Positions 24,304 to 36,640 of a stretch of 62,000 nucleotides of DNA are shown one piece after another; the first letter of the stretch is position 1, and every line of letters starts with the position of its first letter. The stretch comes from Octopus vulgaris (taxonomy: Eukaryota). The DNA is taken from the NCBI GenBank assembly GCA_951406725.2, contig OX597823.1, forward strand, positions 38,336,001-38,398,000, given 5' to 3'. The notes under the pieces are model-generated. The model saw nothing but the letters and a program-made list of their open reading frames with translations, was not told the origin of the DNA and searched no databases. A program made the position numbers and the translations under genes.

Positions 24304-25226
24304 ACTAGCAGCATAGCCTGGCATTGCCCGGGTATGTAAGAAACTTTGTCGATAAGCAAGCCCTTTACCTTTTTACCCATTTTTGTACTCATTGAACCGT
24401 TATTTTGTAAAATGAAGCCTAAAAGGCATTAAGGCATTCAAGGCACCGTTCCCTTGCATGCATGGAGAAAATCTATGACAGTCAAAGTGCATTTTCTGGT
24501 TTTGTTTAGCACACCCAACCCAGTTCTGCGGGATCAGTGTCACGACAGGAACGCATGGGTTGGGAGTTTGACAGGCAGAGGTGATAAGGTTGCACATGCC
24601 GGCTCTTTTGACACCGCCCCCCCCCCCGAACCCAAATTGGGTTCAGACCACAGCTAAGCCTTACCTAATCCTAACTTAAGTCTAGCGAAAGAGGACTTGG
24701 GAGCCTCTAGTAGGCAACGACTAATCCCGATCTGGTCCTTTCCCTTTAGGGAATGAAGGCGCTCTCGCTGTGAAGTTAAAAAAACATTCCTGCCAATTTG
24801 TTAAAGATATTGTCGAAAATATGTCATCTTGAATTTGAATGCAATTTCTCAAAATGGCATGATTTTATCGATTTTTTCTGATCGTAAGGCATTGCATGGA
24901 AAACTAACGTCAGAATTAAGTTCCTTAGGGTAACATTAAGCTTCACCATGAGTTTGGTGAAAATCGATTGCAAGTTGCGAAAACTACAACGGAAAATGTG
25001 TTGCATATGATAAGCTTAGATTCTTGACCCCATGTCGAATCTATCGATTTTTTTCAGAACTGGGGGCTCTTTTCAAAATTTTTGCTGCGTTAGTTTTGAA
25101 TTATGACATTGGGCTATGTGTGTGTCAAGTTTCATCAGAATCGGTTGAAAGTCGTGGTCAGGGTGAGGGTACAACCTGACAGACAGACACACAGACAGAC
25201 AAACTGCCATTTATATATATAGAGAT
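24304..25226 (+). mobile_element. Non-autonomous Helitron/Helentron-type element, copy B, with a long unique interior
   Basis: 5' actagcagcatagcctggcattgcccggg; 3' 208 bp (25019-25226) closely similar to copy A; ends cagacaaactgccatttatatatatagagat. Confidence 0.72.
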
Positions 25227-25300
25227 ATACAATATTTTTTGACACATTGTTGGTAATTTTGATAACAATCACTATTCACTATGGAAAAACAAAGAGAAGT

Positions 25301-25449
25301 GAACCAGCACTTTCTCATGGTCAGTTGTATGTGGCTTGTTCTCGAGTGTGTTCATTTCTTGATGTAAAGATGAAAATAAAAGATAACTTGCTAGGAAGAG
25401 GCAGTCACAGTTGTATAACAATGTAGTTTTCAAAGACATTATTTCCTAA
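25301..25449 (+). pseudogene. C-terminal remnant of a Helitron RepHel PIF1-like helicase
   Basis: EPALSHGQLYVACSRV (25301-25348) matches the helicase motif VI pattern EPVFSHGQLYVALSR; after one frameshift NVVFKDIIS* matches the usual terminal NVVYKEIL*. Confidence 0.8.
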
Positions 25450-26824
25450 AACAACACCTTCAGTACTACCTATGCAGAATTTACACCAGCTCATGAATCA
25501 AATGCTTCAGACTGAAAATTTAAAAAATAGGTATTCTACGAAATCTTGAAATTTTCATAATAACTGTGAAGTTCTTCCTGTGCAGATTAGCAAAAGTATT
25601 GGAATGGCAGACAAAACGCTATTTATTCTGGTTTGCATTCTAAGTTTAGTTTCCCTTGTGGCCTACAGTGATAGTTTAACACCATCATCTAGTCTCTGGT
25701 ATCTTTAGTGGGGTCCACTATGTTGCAAGTATTTGGGCCAGGTTTGGGATTTGTGGATATATTCTTCCCTACTTACATTACTCTCAGAGGTCCTGGAAAG
25801 CATTATGGACACTACCCTTCCCTTTGACTAAGTGATTAAAAAATGATTGCTGTTTTAGACTAAGAAATTGATTTCATTTACTCATATCTGTTTACTTATT
25901 CCACAATAAATGTTTTCAGTTAAAACAAATGAAAATATTAATGTTGTGTATATTTATAGAAACCATTATTTCTACAAACATCATAAAATGATAAACTGCA
26001 TTACTTAAGTGCATTATGTTATTTCCCATATAAGCTTAAGATAAAGGAAAAAACAACCAAACAAAAAACTTATGAAGTGCGTTACTTAAAACAACATATT
26101 AAGTAGTTGTCTCTTGGTCAATGTTGTTACACAGACACTATACTGAATATGTAGAAATATATTTGTTGTATGTAAGATAAGAACCTGTATTTAGTGGAAT
26201 TGCTTAGATCACAATGAATATGGAAACTTCAATTTCATCCAAAAGACAGTTTAATTAAAGAATTGTAGGTTAGAGTGTTCACTAAATTATACAAAAGGGG
26301 AAAAAATGATAGAATATGTACAATGTTGTTCCTTGAAGACATTTCATTTTTACCTCTGTTGTGAAAAACAGCTACAAAAGAAATTCCCTTTATGTGTATT
26401 ACCTTAGATTTATATAAAAAATCATGTCTCTTCCATAATCCTTATTCAGTGATATGTGAGTGTGTGTGTTTAAACTGGTGTTCTCATATTTTTAAAGAAA
26501 TATTTGACAGGCAACTTAGTTAATAGTTATTAAGTTTCAGTAACTGTGTAGAAATGCAAAAATATAGCAGTTGATCCATTCTTTGAAACCTACAGATTTA
26601 TAATGTTGTTTGCAATTGCAATCATCTTATAATTTCTTTTTTCCACGACTTTAGGGATAAATGTTTTATTAGAGTTAGTTGAATGATTTTTAACGATTAG
26701 AATTGAAATGTTAAGCTTGGAGGAATTAATTTTTATTTTAAATTTTGTAGCTGTAATTATAAAATTGATGGAAATGCTTTGCTTCAAATTTTGAAGTAGG
26801 GTTCTTACATTGTTTAGGAATTAC

Positions 26825-26923
<99 letters not shown>
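26825..26923. repeat. Interrupted (AG)n microsatellite
   Basis: Direct reading. Confidence 0.95.
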
Positions 26924-28685
26924 TAGTTGGCAGTAAAAAAGGTTTTGTGTGTGTGTTTCATGATGATTCTATTGGATTTAGGAATGAATTGTAAAGGTTA
27001 TAAAGAGTTGAAAAATAATGCTAAGTAGGCTTGTGGTTGTCTGCTTTTTTCCTTTTCTCTCCATGAAAAATATTCAAATGTATTAACCTAAGAATCGGTT
27101 TTAAACAGAGATGCATCTACAACTTCCACTAGCTCAATATATGAGCACTATTTCTAGGTCTAAGCTGGAACTTCTGAAATTCATAAAAGTACTTGAGTGC
27201 TAAGGAGGTAATTTGATTATCATTTAAATGATCTTGGTAAAATTTTGTTCCAACCTAAGCCATCTTGAGGAAGAAAAGAAAGAAAAAAAGTTTTTTAAGT
27301 GAAAATATAAACACCTGCAAATAAAACATAAATTGTTCCCCTGCTGGATATCTGTGTTGGCTTTGATTTTCAAATAACTAAAACCTAATGTTTTACTTAT
27401 TAACAAAATAGAATGTTATAGCATTTTATATTTTAACTGGAACATATCAATAAGATACCTGGAGAATATTAATAAGAAGTGGGTAGTTAATAATAAATTA
27501 ACTCTTAAAACTCTTATAAGAGTTGTCACCATCATCGTTTTATTTATCATCCATTTTGCCATAAAAGAACCACATTGTGGAATATCACCACTGCACTCAG
27601 TTCTATGTAATTTGTAACATTCAACATTCTGAGGACCATTATTATAACTTTTTACATATCTTACTATACTTTTTTATATTGTTCTTCTCTTCTTCCATCA
27701 GTTAATACCTTTTTATATCCAGCCGCTCTCTTAGGATGTCAGCATAAATGAAAGTTGGGTGAGCAAAGTGCAACATGTCTCATTCAACTTCAGTCTAGTC
27801 TCTACAGATCCTTAGCATTGAATATTTTTTTTTAAATGATTCATAGTCTATCGTGAATTTGTCTCCAGTAAAATCATATTTTGTCAGTTATGGTAAAAGA
27901 TTAAAATAAGTTTTATATTCCAATGAAAGTGTTTTATTCTAGTAGTCTATCTTAGATTTAATGAAGCAAATCATTACAGTGACAGCTTCATAGTGTTTCT
28001 AATTATACTTGTGACACTTGTTGCTCATATATTATGTTTTCCTCACAGAAATGAGGAAGATTTGTGTGTGTTTGTGTGTGAGATGTAAAAATGATATCAA
28101 ACCAACCAAGTGAAGTAACAAAAATAGTGTATTTGGCACTAATTGTATGCTTTACCCTTGTAATGCTTACCCAGAAAAAAAAGATTCTGTTCTAAATGTT
28201 GAACAAAACATAGTAAAATTTATTGAAGTACAAAATGATGCAACATAGAAACAACAAATTCAGTAAAATTCATTACTATAATTATACTTTAACATCTTCA
28301 TTGATTATTAATTATAATGTCATATGAAAGGAGGTCTCAGATATTTACTTTGCAAATATTTAATGATGAAATGAACTGGAAAATTTGTTTATCAGAGTTG
28401 AACTTGAGCATTTTTAAATAATTGTGATAACTTAGTTTTATACTTTTCTTTGCTGTTCTTCTTCATGACATATATTTGTGATGTCTACAGATACAGGGGT
28501 TTGGGGTGTTGTATGTTGTCTACATCACCTATAATGGATGTCACCTATCTTTTTATAATCATTGGGTACCTATATTACTTATATTTCTTTTTCTTAGTAA
28601 TTGGACTCAGTATAATAAATTTATGTCAAATACCTAATAATTTTCTATCTCTTTTTTTATTACACAAATACAAACTGTTACAAGT

Positions 28686-29081
28686 TGGCCTCACGTAAAA
28701 AACACCATTCGAGCGTGATCATTACCAGCATTGCCTTACTGGCACTTGTGCTGGAGGCACGTGAAAAAAATATTCGAGCGAGGTCATTGCCAGTGCCGCT
28801 GGACTGGCTCCTGTGCAGGTGGCACATAAAAAGTACCATTTGAGCGTGGCCGTTGCTAGTACCGCCTGACTGGCCCTCGTGCCGGTGGCACGTAAAAGCA
28901 CCCACTACACTCTTGGAGTGGTTGGTGTTAGGAAGGGCATCTAGCTGTAGAAACTCTGCCAGATTAGATTGGAGTCTGGTGCAGCCATCTGGTTCACCAG
29001 ACCTCAGTCAAATCGTCCAACCCATGCTAGCATGGAAGGCGGATGTTAAACGATGTTGATGATGATGATGATGATGATGAT
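28686..29081 (+). mobile_element. Young-looking (CpG-rich) RTE 3' UTR with ~66-bp tandem subrepeats and (GAT)n tail
   Basis: cac(g/a)t(a/g)aaa cores at 28692, 28758, 28823 and 28889; tail catggaaggcggatgttaaacgatgttgat(gat)n. Confidence 0.88.
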
Positions 29082-29231
29082 TTATGTTCAGAGTTCAAAT
29101 TCTGTTATGGTTAACCTTGCCTTTCATTCTTTTGAGGTTGATATAATAATCACCAGTTGAACACTGGGGTTAATGTAATCAACCACCTCCTACCCCAAAA
29201 TTGCTGGTCTTGTGCCAAAATTTGAAACCAA
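29082..29231 (+). mobile_element. Headless SINE family A fused to the RTE tail
   Basis: Starts at ttatgttcagagttcaaatt and ends gtgccaaaatttgaaacca, about 45 nt before the exon acceptor. Confidence 0.8.
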
Positions 29232-29315
29232 TATACATACATAATATATATTTTTTTCTTTTCTTTATTTTCAGTTATGTGGAAATATTTTTGATTACTA
29301 GCAATAATAGCAACC

Positions 29316-29438
29316 ATGTCTCTAACTGACAGTGTTGAAGACAAACTTTCTGATCAGAAGGCATCTCCTGCTAGGAGTAGAGAAAGGTTATCCACCCCAG
29401 AGAAACGTCTGCATTTCAGACATAGTGAATCTGAAACG
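29316..29438 (+). CDS. First coding exon of an unidentified host gene (exon 29275-29438; 41 aa MSLTDSVEDKLSDQKASPARSRERLSTPEKRLHFRHSESET)
   Basis: Strong acceptor tttttttcttttctttattttcag|29275, gcaaccATG context, in-frame upstream TGA, open frame to a phase-0 donor ACG|GTAAGC; too short for the ORF track. Confidence 0.75.
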
Positions 29439-30011
29439 GTAAGCATATTTATTACTTAACAATTAAATTTATGAAAGAAAATGACTTTAATGCTTGTTAA
29501 AAGTTCTAAATTAAGCGGAAATAACTGAAGATGGCTAATGGTATGAATTTAGATAAATCCGTTAAGGAGTAATTTACTGAAACACTGCCTGTTTGTTGAA
29601 TAAAGAAAATGAAACTTATAAGTAGTTGTTTTAATTAGAAATTCAGAATAAATTTCTCAAAAATATTAATTTACATACTTAGGAAAATATCTGATATTCA
29701 TTTTCAGGTAAGGAACATGTTTAAGTCTTATTGGACCTCATCAGTAAAGAATAGTTAAACTTGAGTCTGCTTTTAATAATTTGTATGATCAGAAAATGTG
29801 AGCCAAGGGAAATAACTTAATGAATGATGTAGGTAAAATAACATTTTGGTATGTCATTTCAGTACATCACACCTATGTTAGGTAGCCTTTCAGAGTGTAC
29901 CAATCTGACTCTGTGTGTGTGTGTGTGTGTGAGTCTCGCTATCTTGTGCATGTCTTATGTATCTGAGTGTGTTTCTGAGTATTACCTATCAGTTTGTATG
30001 TAACTGATTAT

Positions 30012-30047
30012 CCAACCAACCAACCAGCCAACCAACCAACCAACCAA

Positions 30048-30078
<31 letters not shown>

Positions 30079-30112
30079 ACCAGCCAGCCAGCCAGCCATC
30101 CATCCATCCATC
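30012..30112. repeat. Compound tetranucleotide microsatellite grading (CCAA)n to (CCAG)n to (CCAT)n
   Basis: Direct reading. Confidence 0.95.
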
Positions 30113-30702
30113 AATCTGTCTGATTGTTAATGTGTTTGTCTTCTTCTATGAAATTCTCCCTCTGTATCTATATGCTGATGTCTGACTTTCTGTGTGTTAA
30201 TCTCTAAGTTTGTTCTGCTGTCTGTCTGTATGACTACTACTTTGACTTACTTAGTATGTGAGTGACAGAGAGGGGGTGAATTAGATCATGTTTAAACTGT
30301 TGGATTAATATTAATCCAAAGACTTTTAGTTCAATTTCTGCTCGAGGTATTTTTTTAGCAAAGGCAAATAATGATTTTGGTCAACCTTATTTAACAACTG
30401 CATCTGTCTGTTCTTGACAGTTGCATGAAAGAAGGGTGTACTGCTATTTAACAATGAAGATACATATTTCAAATCATTTAAATTAAATAAACACACATAA
30501 AAAATATACTCTAAGCTGTGTGAATGTGTTATTGTTTCATTATGTCTCTATGTTAATGAATTATGAAAATATATTATCTATAACTAAATTTTATCAACCA
30601 GCTTCACAGCCTGATGGAGATGAATGACATGATGCTGTATCTATTTCTATTTGTTAAATTTCTTTCTCTCTTTCACACACATACACACATACACACACAC
30701 AT

Positions 30703-30888
30703 ACACACATATGCACATATATGATCATGTAAACAAAACAGAGTATATAACTGATAGTTTCACATAAGTCCCCTTAAACCTATGGTCATCATGTGTGCCT
30801 GCTTGGATTAGGTTTAAGGGGACTTATGTGAAACTATCAGTTATATACTCTGTTTTGTTTACATGATCATATATGTGCGTATGTGTGT
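30703..30888. repeat. Fold-back inverted repeat, 70-bp perfect arms (80 bp with one mismatch), 26-nt loop
   Basis: 30713-30782 is the exact reverse complement of 30809-30878; the arms run out into (CA)n on the left and (TG)n on the right. Confidence 0.95.
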
Positions 30889-31300
30889 GTGTGTGTCTGT
30901 GTGGATGAGGAGTGTTCAATACATGTTGTAGAGGCTATAATTTTGTTTTTATTGTAACTGAAATTGGGATTCTCTCATGATTTGAGTTTCACTATTGCAA
31001 TCACTGTTTTTACCTAAAGATTGCAGTAGTGTGAAACTTGTGAGACAAACTTGCAGTTTCAATAAAAGCAAATACAAACACACACACATTTCACACACAT
31101 ATTTATGTATATCCAAACATGCAAAAACATTCCTCTCTTGAGAAATTATTTTGTTTTGTCTTTTTATATTGTTTGAATTTGGCTGGTAAGATTTGTAGAA
31201 ATAGGCTTGTAGCATTGGAAATTGTAATACCTCCACTTCAACCTATGAACTATAAGAGATAAGAAATACCCGAAATACTGGGAGTAGTACAGAAGTGCAG

Positions 31301-31765
31301 GCATAGATGTGTCATTAAAAAGACCACTTTGGAATCATTTGGTTCTGGGTTCATTCCTGTCAAGTAGACACTATCAGTCAGTATCTTTTACTGTAGTCAC
31401 ATGTTGCCCAATGCTTTGTGAGTAAAATTTGGTACACAGAAACTCTAAGAAGCCCATTGTGTGTACATGCACACACCACATATATGTGTTTCTGTCTCCT
31501 TGTCTTGACATGTGCACACTAAGTGTAAATAAAGTAACCCTCATACAAATGTTGCTTGTTATCAAATCTCTATAAAAATATGTCTGTTCAATGAGCTGTT
31601 CGTCTTTCAAAAGTGTACAGGAAACATTTCCTTACTTGGAAACATGTCAGCTATAGAAATATCTGCCTTTGTCTAACCCATATAAGTATAGAAAACTGGC
31701 AGTTAAAACAATGATGAGGACCATGATGATAATGATGATAATGATGATGATGATGATGATGATGC
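31301..31765 (+). mobile_element. Degraded tRNA-derived SINE, family C (CORE-like), ending in an RTE-like (GAT)n tail
   Basis: ggttctgggttcattcc B-box-like segment, gctttgtgagtaaaatttggtacacagaaact homologous to 57405-57570, tail ctaacccatataagtatagaaaactggcagttaaaac followed by (gat)n. Confidence 0.65.
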
Positions 31766-34427
31766 AGGTGTGGATGGTAATAGTAGATTACAAAATTAAA
31801 CATTAGAGTATTTAGGGGGTTCCTCCTTTATCCAAAGTTGAAAGCTTGCTATGATTAATAAAATGTAAGCCAAGCATGTATTGGGTATTAATTTAATTTA
31901 TTTTTATCCTTTCCTGACAAATCTGTACCCTTAAACCAATATAAGAAATTATTCTTGTGAAACACAAAAGGTGACCAAAACCATAGATTCCATAATTAGA
32001 TGTCTTGTAACATGTATTTCTGTACCTTTGTTTCCTTAGTTCAAATTCTACCAAGGTCAACTTCAACTTTCAGTCATCTTCTTGCTGTCAATGCAATCAT
32101 ATGTCTCCTAAAAATTTGTGTTCTTGTCCCAATCTAAGAAGCCATAATTATAAATTTGGTGCAATGGGACATGGTCTAACTTCCCTATTTTTAGTTTTGT
32201 TTCTATATACATTCAGTGAAAATTCTCCTGGGGTCATTTTTGCCTTTCATCTTACTAGGATACCTCTATAAATTTATAGCCTAATACCAAACAAAATTGG
32301 TAGAGTACTCATCAAAATGCCTTGTGATATTTACTTATATTGCTGTAAGTTGCGAGTTCAAATCTCAGTCAGATAAAACTTTGTCTTCTTTGTCTTTGGT
32401 TTTCAAGTCAAACTGTGGGATTTGATTATATTGGTTGGCTATGTTCCTCTCACTAAATTTGTAGCTTTGTATTGAAGTTAATCATCTAATGACATTGAAC
32501 TTCAGAAATAGCAGCTGAATTCCTTTTACATTCTGAGTTCAAATCTAGCTTGTGTCAACTTTGTTAGTGATTTACATGTGGTCAATAAATTAAGTACTAG
32601 TTAAGTACTAGGTCAATATAATTGATTGTATTCTCTTTGAAAATATGTGGCTTTGTTTCTGTGTTAGAAGTAAATTTTTATGATAACTTGTAAATCCATC
32701 TACTTTTTATCTGCAGTGTAGTTAAGATTTTGGTCACATGCACATGTTGGAGTCAGTGAGTAAGCTAGTTTCATTATTTCTTACAAGAACTAGTCTCTAT
32801 CAAATATGAAGTAATTGTATTCATGTGACTTTTTTTAATTCATTCAACAGAACAAGCATTGGCATCTAAGAGACATTGACTCTTGAGGCCAGATTTTCAA
32901 TAGCTTTAATTTGAGCCAAATGCTTAATTTCTGGAAAGTTTATTATATTTTAACTCTGCTACCAATTTATAGAACACAAACCAACATTTCTCTTTTTTGT
33001 TTTTGTCTTTCTTTTTTCTGAAACATCAGACAACTTGAGGCAATATATCAAATACGCCAGTTATTGTACAGTTACACTGAGCAGACCCGTAATATGCAGG
33101 AAGTCAACCCAGTGATTAGGTGTGTCACATAGATCTAGTCTTTTACATATACCTCTCATCCACTTAATCAAGGAACATGCTGCACATTCCAACGTGCAGT
33201 GGTTAACTAATTGCATGGGGTGTAGGGTTGCAGTCCAAACCAGTTATTGTTGTTGAGTTCCAGGATCAGTACTGGATTTGAAAGAAAAGAGGTTCTACAC
33301 TATTCCATTTGTAAGTTTTTTCCTAATTCCCCTTGTTCAAGACTAGAACTATATATATACCTTGATTGGAGGCACTTGAGATTTCGAGGTTCTAGGCTTC
33401 AGCTTGCTCTGCCTATTAGTAAATCCATCACTACCCAGGTCAGCACTGATCCTGCAAACCTGTGTGATTAAAGCCAGTCCAGTAGTGACCATCTTGTCTG
33501 TTCTTTTTCAGATATAGTGCCTTTATCAAATATGTCCTTATTTTTTTTATTTCTTGGAGGTAAAGTGAAGGGCTCTCTCATAACTATATCCTGTTCCCCA
33601 ATGATTGCTTCTTTGTTCCTTGCATTTAATAAAACTTTTAGCATAGATGCTTTATTCAGATTCTCTTTCATAAGATGTGTAGATACATTCAGTTCATTAT
33701 TAACTTGAATACTATAATGACAACAATCTTTCCATCAGACAGCCTTGTATATGATTGTTCTACTGTCTTGTAATATGTATCTACTGATGTTCCTGGACTG
33801 CAACTGATGATATATAATAAACTGCCTCTGTTTCCACTTATAATGTGTATAGTTGTTTGATAAGCTTATGCATATTGTTGTTTGATTAATCTGGCAATAT
33901 ATATATATATATATGTTTTGAAATGCGAAGATTTGTAGCAGTGATTTGTTCAGAAAAGTCTCATTTATTCTTTGTATATATGTTAGTCTCACCATCTAAC
34001 TTAGAGGCATCTTGTGTTAATATGTGAGGATCTCATTTCTAGAAGTTTGCTTAAGTCGATCTACAAAATATCATCTTTCTCTGAGTACTTATTTAAAGCC
34101 TTTTGTTTCCATATTGCTATTGCTTCAATTAATTTTGGAAATATGAAGAATTTGATAAAACAACTTTGTCGTTATTAAGCTGATGTTTAAGACAAAATTT
34201 TGATGGAAGATTTGAATTTAGATCACTCTAAAGCAGGAAATTTGTATCAAGACTTCAGAGTAGTCTCAGGTGGTTTGTTATCAAAAGAGTTAATGAATTT
34301 AATGTTAATTAGGATGGATTTAATAGCTTCATTTATGAATAAGAGTAGGGTCATTTTGTGTTTAACTTAGGGCTGAATGTTTTTGTGTTCTGTTTTACTA
34401 ATTTCAACATGAAATGACTATTTTCAG

Positions 34428-34466
34428 TCTGAGGTTTATGAAAATAATGCGTTGCCATATTTAAAG
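34428..34466 (+). CDS. Candidate 39-nt in-frame cassette exon (SEVYENNALPYLK)
   Basis: tactaat branch-like motif near 34397, ttttcag acceptor, phase 0-0 open frame, AAG|GTTTGT donor; could be chance. Confidence 0.3.
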
Positions 34467-35299
34467 GTTTGTAGTAAGAGTTGAGTTTTAGAGTTGTTCT
34501 GCTTTGAATAAAGACTTCTTCATCTGCAAAGTTTTTCTGTGGTTATTTATGATATATAACATAGGATATATAAACATGATAAGAAAATCTTAAAAGTACA
34601 GTTACTTGTCAAGAGATATAGTTTTGAGTCAAAACTTATTTTAATTAGCATATCACTTCTCAAAGAAGTAGATAACGACTGGCCATGTCTTATCTTGAAT
34701 TTCTATGATGATAATTGTTATAAATGTAAGATGATCTCCTTTATGTCCTCACTTTGTTGATTTTGAAGAGAAGGGCAATATAGTGGCACTTCTTGTTGAG
34801 ACCCTCAAGAAAATTGATTGTGAAGTGACAGCTCAGTATTGATGTCATTTTTTGACAAAATATAAATGTTGTTGGTACTGCAGTAGTAGCTCTTGTAAAG
34901 CTCATGTCACATGAGGGAAATGGGCAAACATTTCTAGCATAACATTTTGAAATGATACTAGTTGAGGCTAAGATGTACAAGTTATTTAACCAGGACAAAG
35001 AGAAATGTATTACTAAACTTTATTTCATAGAATTGACTATAAAAGCCGTACATAGAAGTAGCTGCGGGCTTGACAACACGCAAGATGAAATGAATGAAAA
35101 ATAATTTATGAAATTGGTGAGGGAAGACAGACGACGCCCACTGATTGCTGCTTCCCGAAAACATTGTTCTTTTTACAACAACCAAATTGAGGTTATAAAA
35201 CTCTTAGTTTTATTCCTTTTGGATGCAAGGTCCTTAAAAATGAGGTACTAAGCCTCTTACATTTTTCATAAATGGGCCATATGCCCCCACAATATGAGG

Positions 35300-36640
35300 C
35301 ACTAAAAGCCTCTTAACTTTTTCTGTTATTTTCCAGTCTGCTGGTACCCAACCAGGCTCAATGCCTCACTCAAGCACCTCGATGGTGCTAGATCGAGGTG
35401 CTTCAGCAGGAAGCAAAAATGTGTCTTCGGGGAAGGAGTTCATCACCTTACACAAATCAGTTTCCCACACGACCTCTGCAGCTACCTGTGAAGGCCAATT
35501 AGGGTCCTTAGTGCAGGTTAGAACCCCTCCCCTCCGACCTTCTTTAGCAAACTTTTTAATAAAATCCTGAACTGTCCCTCCCTTGTGGAATAAGACTAAA
35601 AATGGCCTGGTTCCAGGTACAGGTAACACTTGTTGGGGGCGTCCCTCAAGTATCACCAGATACCTGTTACCAGCCTTAGTAAAAAAATCTGGGAAAACTA
35701 GATTTCTTGCAGCTGATTGGGTCCACATGGTCAAAGCAGCTTTTGACCCAACCCAATCAGCTGAGGGCAACATTTTCACATTTAGCAGCTTGGATCTGCT
35801 GCCACTCAGACCCCAGTGGATAGTATCTTCTATCCACTTGGATTCCATTCCAGGTGGCAACCCACAGATCCAAGCTCTTGTCAACTTCTTCCACAATATT
35901 TCCTGCCCCTACAAGGGCTGGCTCACAAACCTGCAAGCCTCCTCAGGGGTGTCAAACAACAGCCACACCATTGCATATTTGGCACACCTGGAAATAAATC
36001 TTATGGTTGGTAGATACTCTGCCAACTCTTTTTCAATTTCTATTTTTTTGAAAACGGCAATGGTGTCGAATGACTTTGAGTATGTCCTCAACACCACCAT
36101 CCTCTCCTCAAAGTCTTTCACCAACTCTTTTGGTGGGACAATTTCCCACTCCAAAACAGTGTCAATTTTCTTTCCATGTTTAGAAGAAAAGTTTTTAATA
36201 ATGTTCAAAAAGTACAAAAAAGACAAAAAAGAAAAGAAGGAAGAAGGAAAGAAGACAGTTCAAAAACACAGCGAACATGATTCCGGCCAACTGGTACTCC
36301 ACTTGTAATCCAGGAGTACAACAACAGGAACACAGCTCCACAAATTTCACCAAAAGTTGGTGAAAAAATTTCACAAATTTTTTTGGAGGCAGGATATGCC
36401 CCCAAATCAACACACTTATCATATCTAAGTGAGACACTTAACACAACTACAGGCAGACAAATGCCTGGAATCCAGTAGGGATTTCTTGTTTGAAAAAATA
36501 AACAACAAGCAACAAACCTCCACTGAATCCCAAAAAACAAATGCCTTACCTTATAGTTGCGCTTCAACAATTCATGATGCTGCACACCAATGTCGTGACA
36601 CCATTTAGTGAAAGAAAAACACTGACACGCGCATGCGAAG
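35300..36640 (-). mobile_element. LINE ORF1 (gag-like) plus 5' UTR, probably L1/Tx1-type, without ORF2
   Basis: Minus ORFs 35909-36226 and 35366-35896; a frameshifted, decayed C-x2-C-x4-H-x4-C knuckle CYL[Y]LEPGHF*SY[S] at 35587-35628 follows VILEGRP; clade assignment is inference; boundaries approximate. Confidence 0.65.

Noticed and set aside
33000-33995. GC-richer block with minus-strand ORFs and an H-x-x-x-EC pattern suggesting an old LINE
   Set aside because: No unambiguous RT, endonuclease or knuckle motif could be assembled
35583-36308. 241-aa plus-strand ORF, one of the longest in the window
   Set aside because: Antisense to the LINE ORF1 fragment; no splice context or recognisable domain
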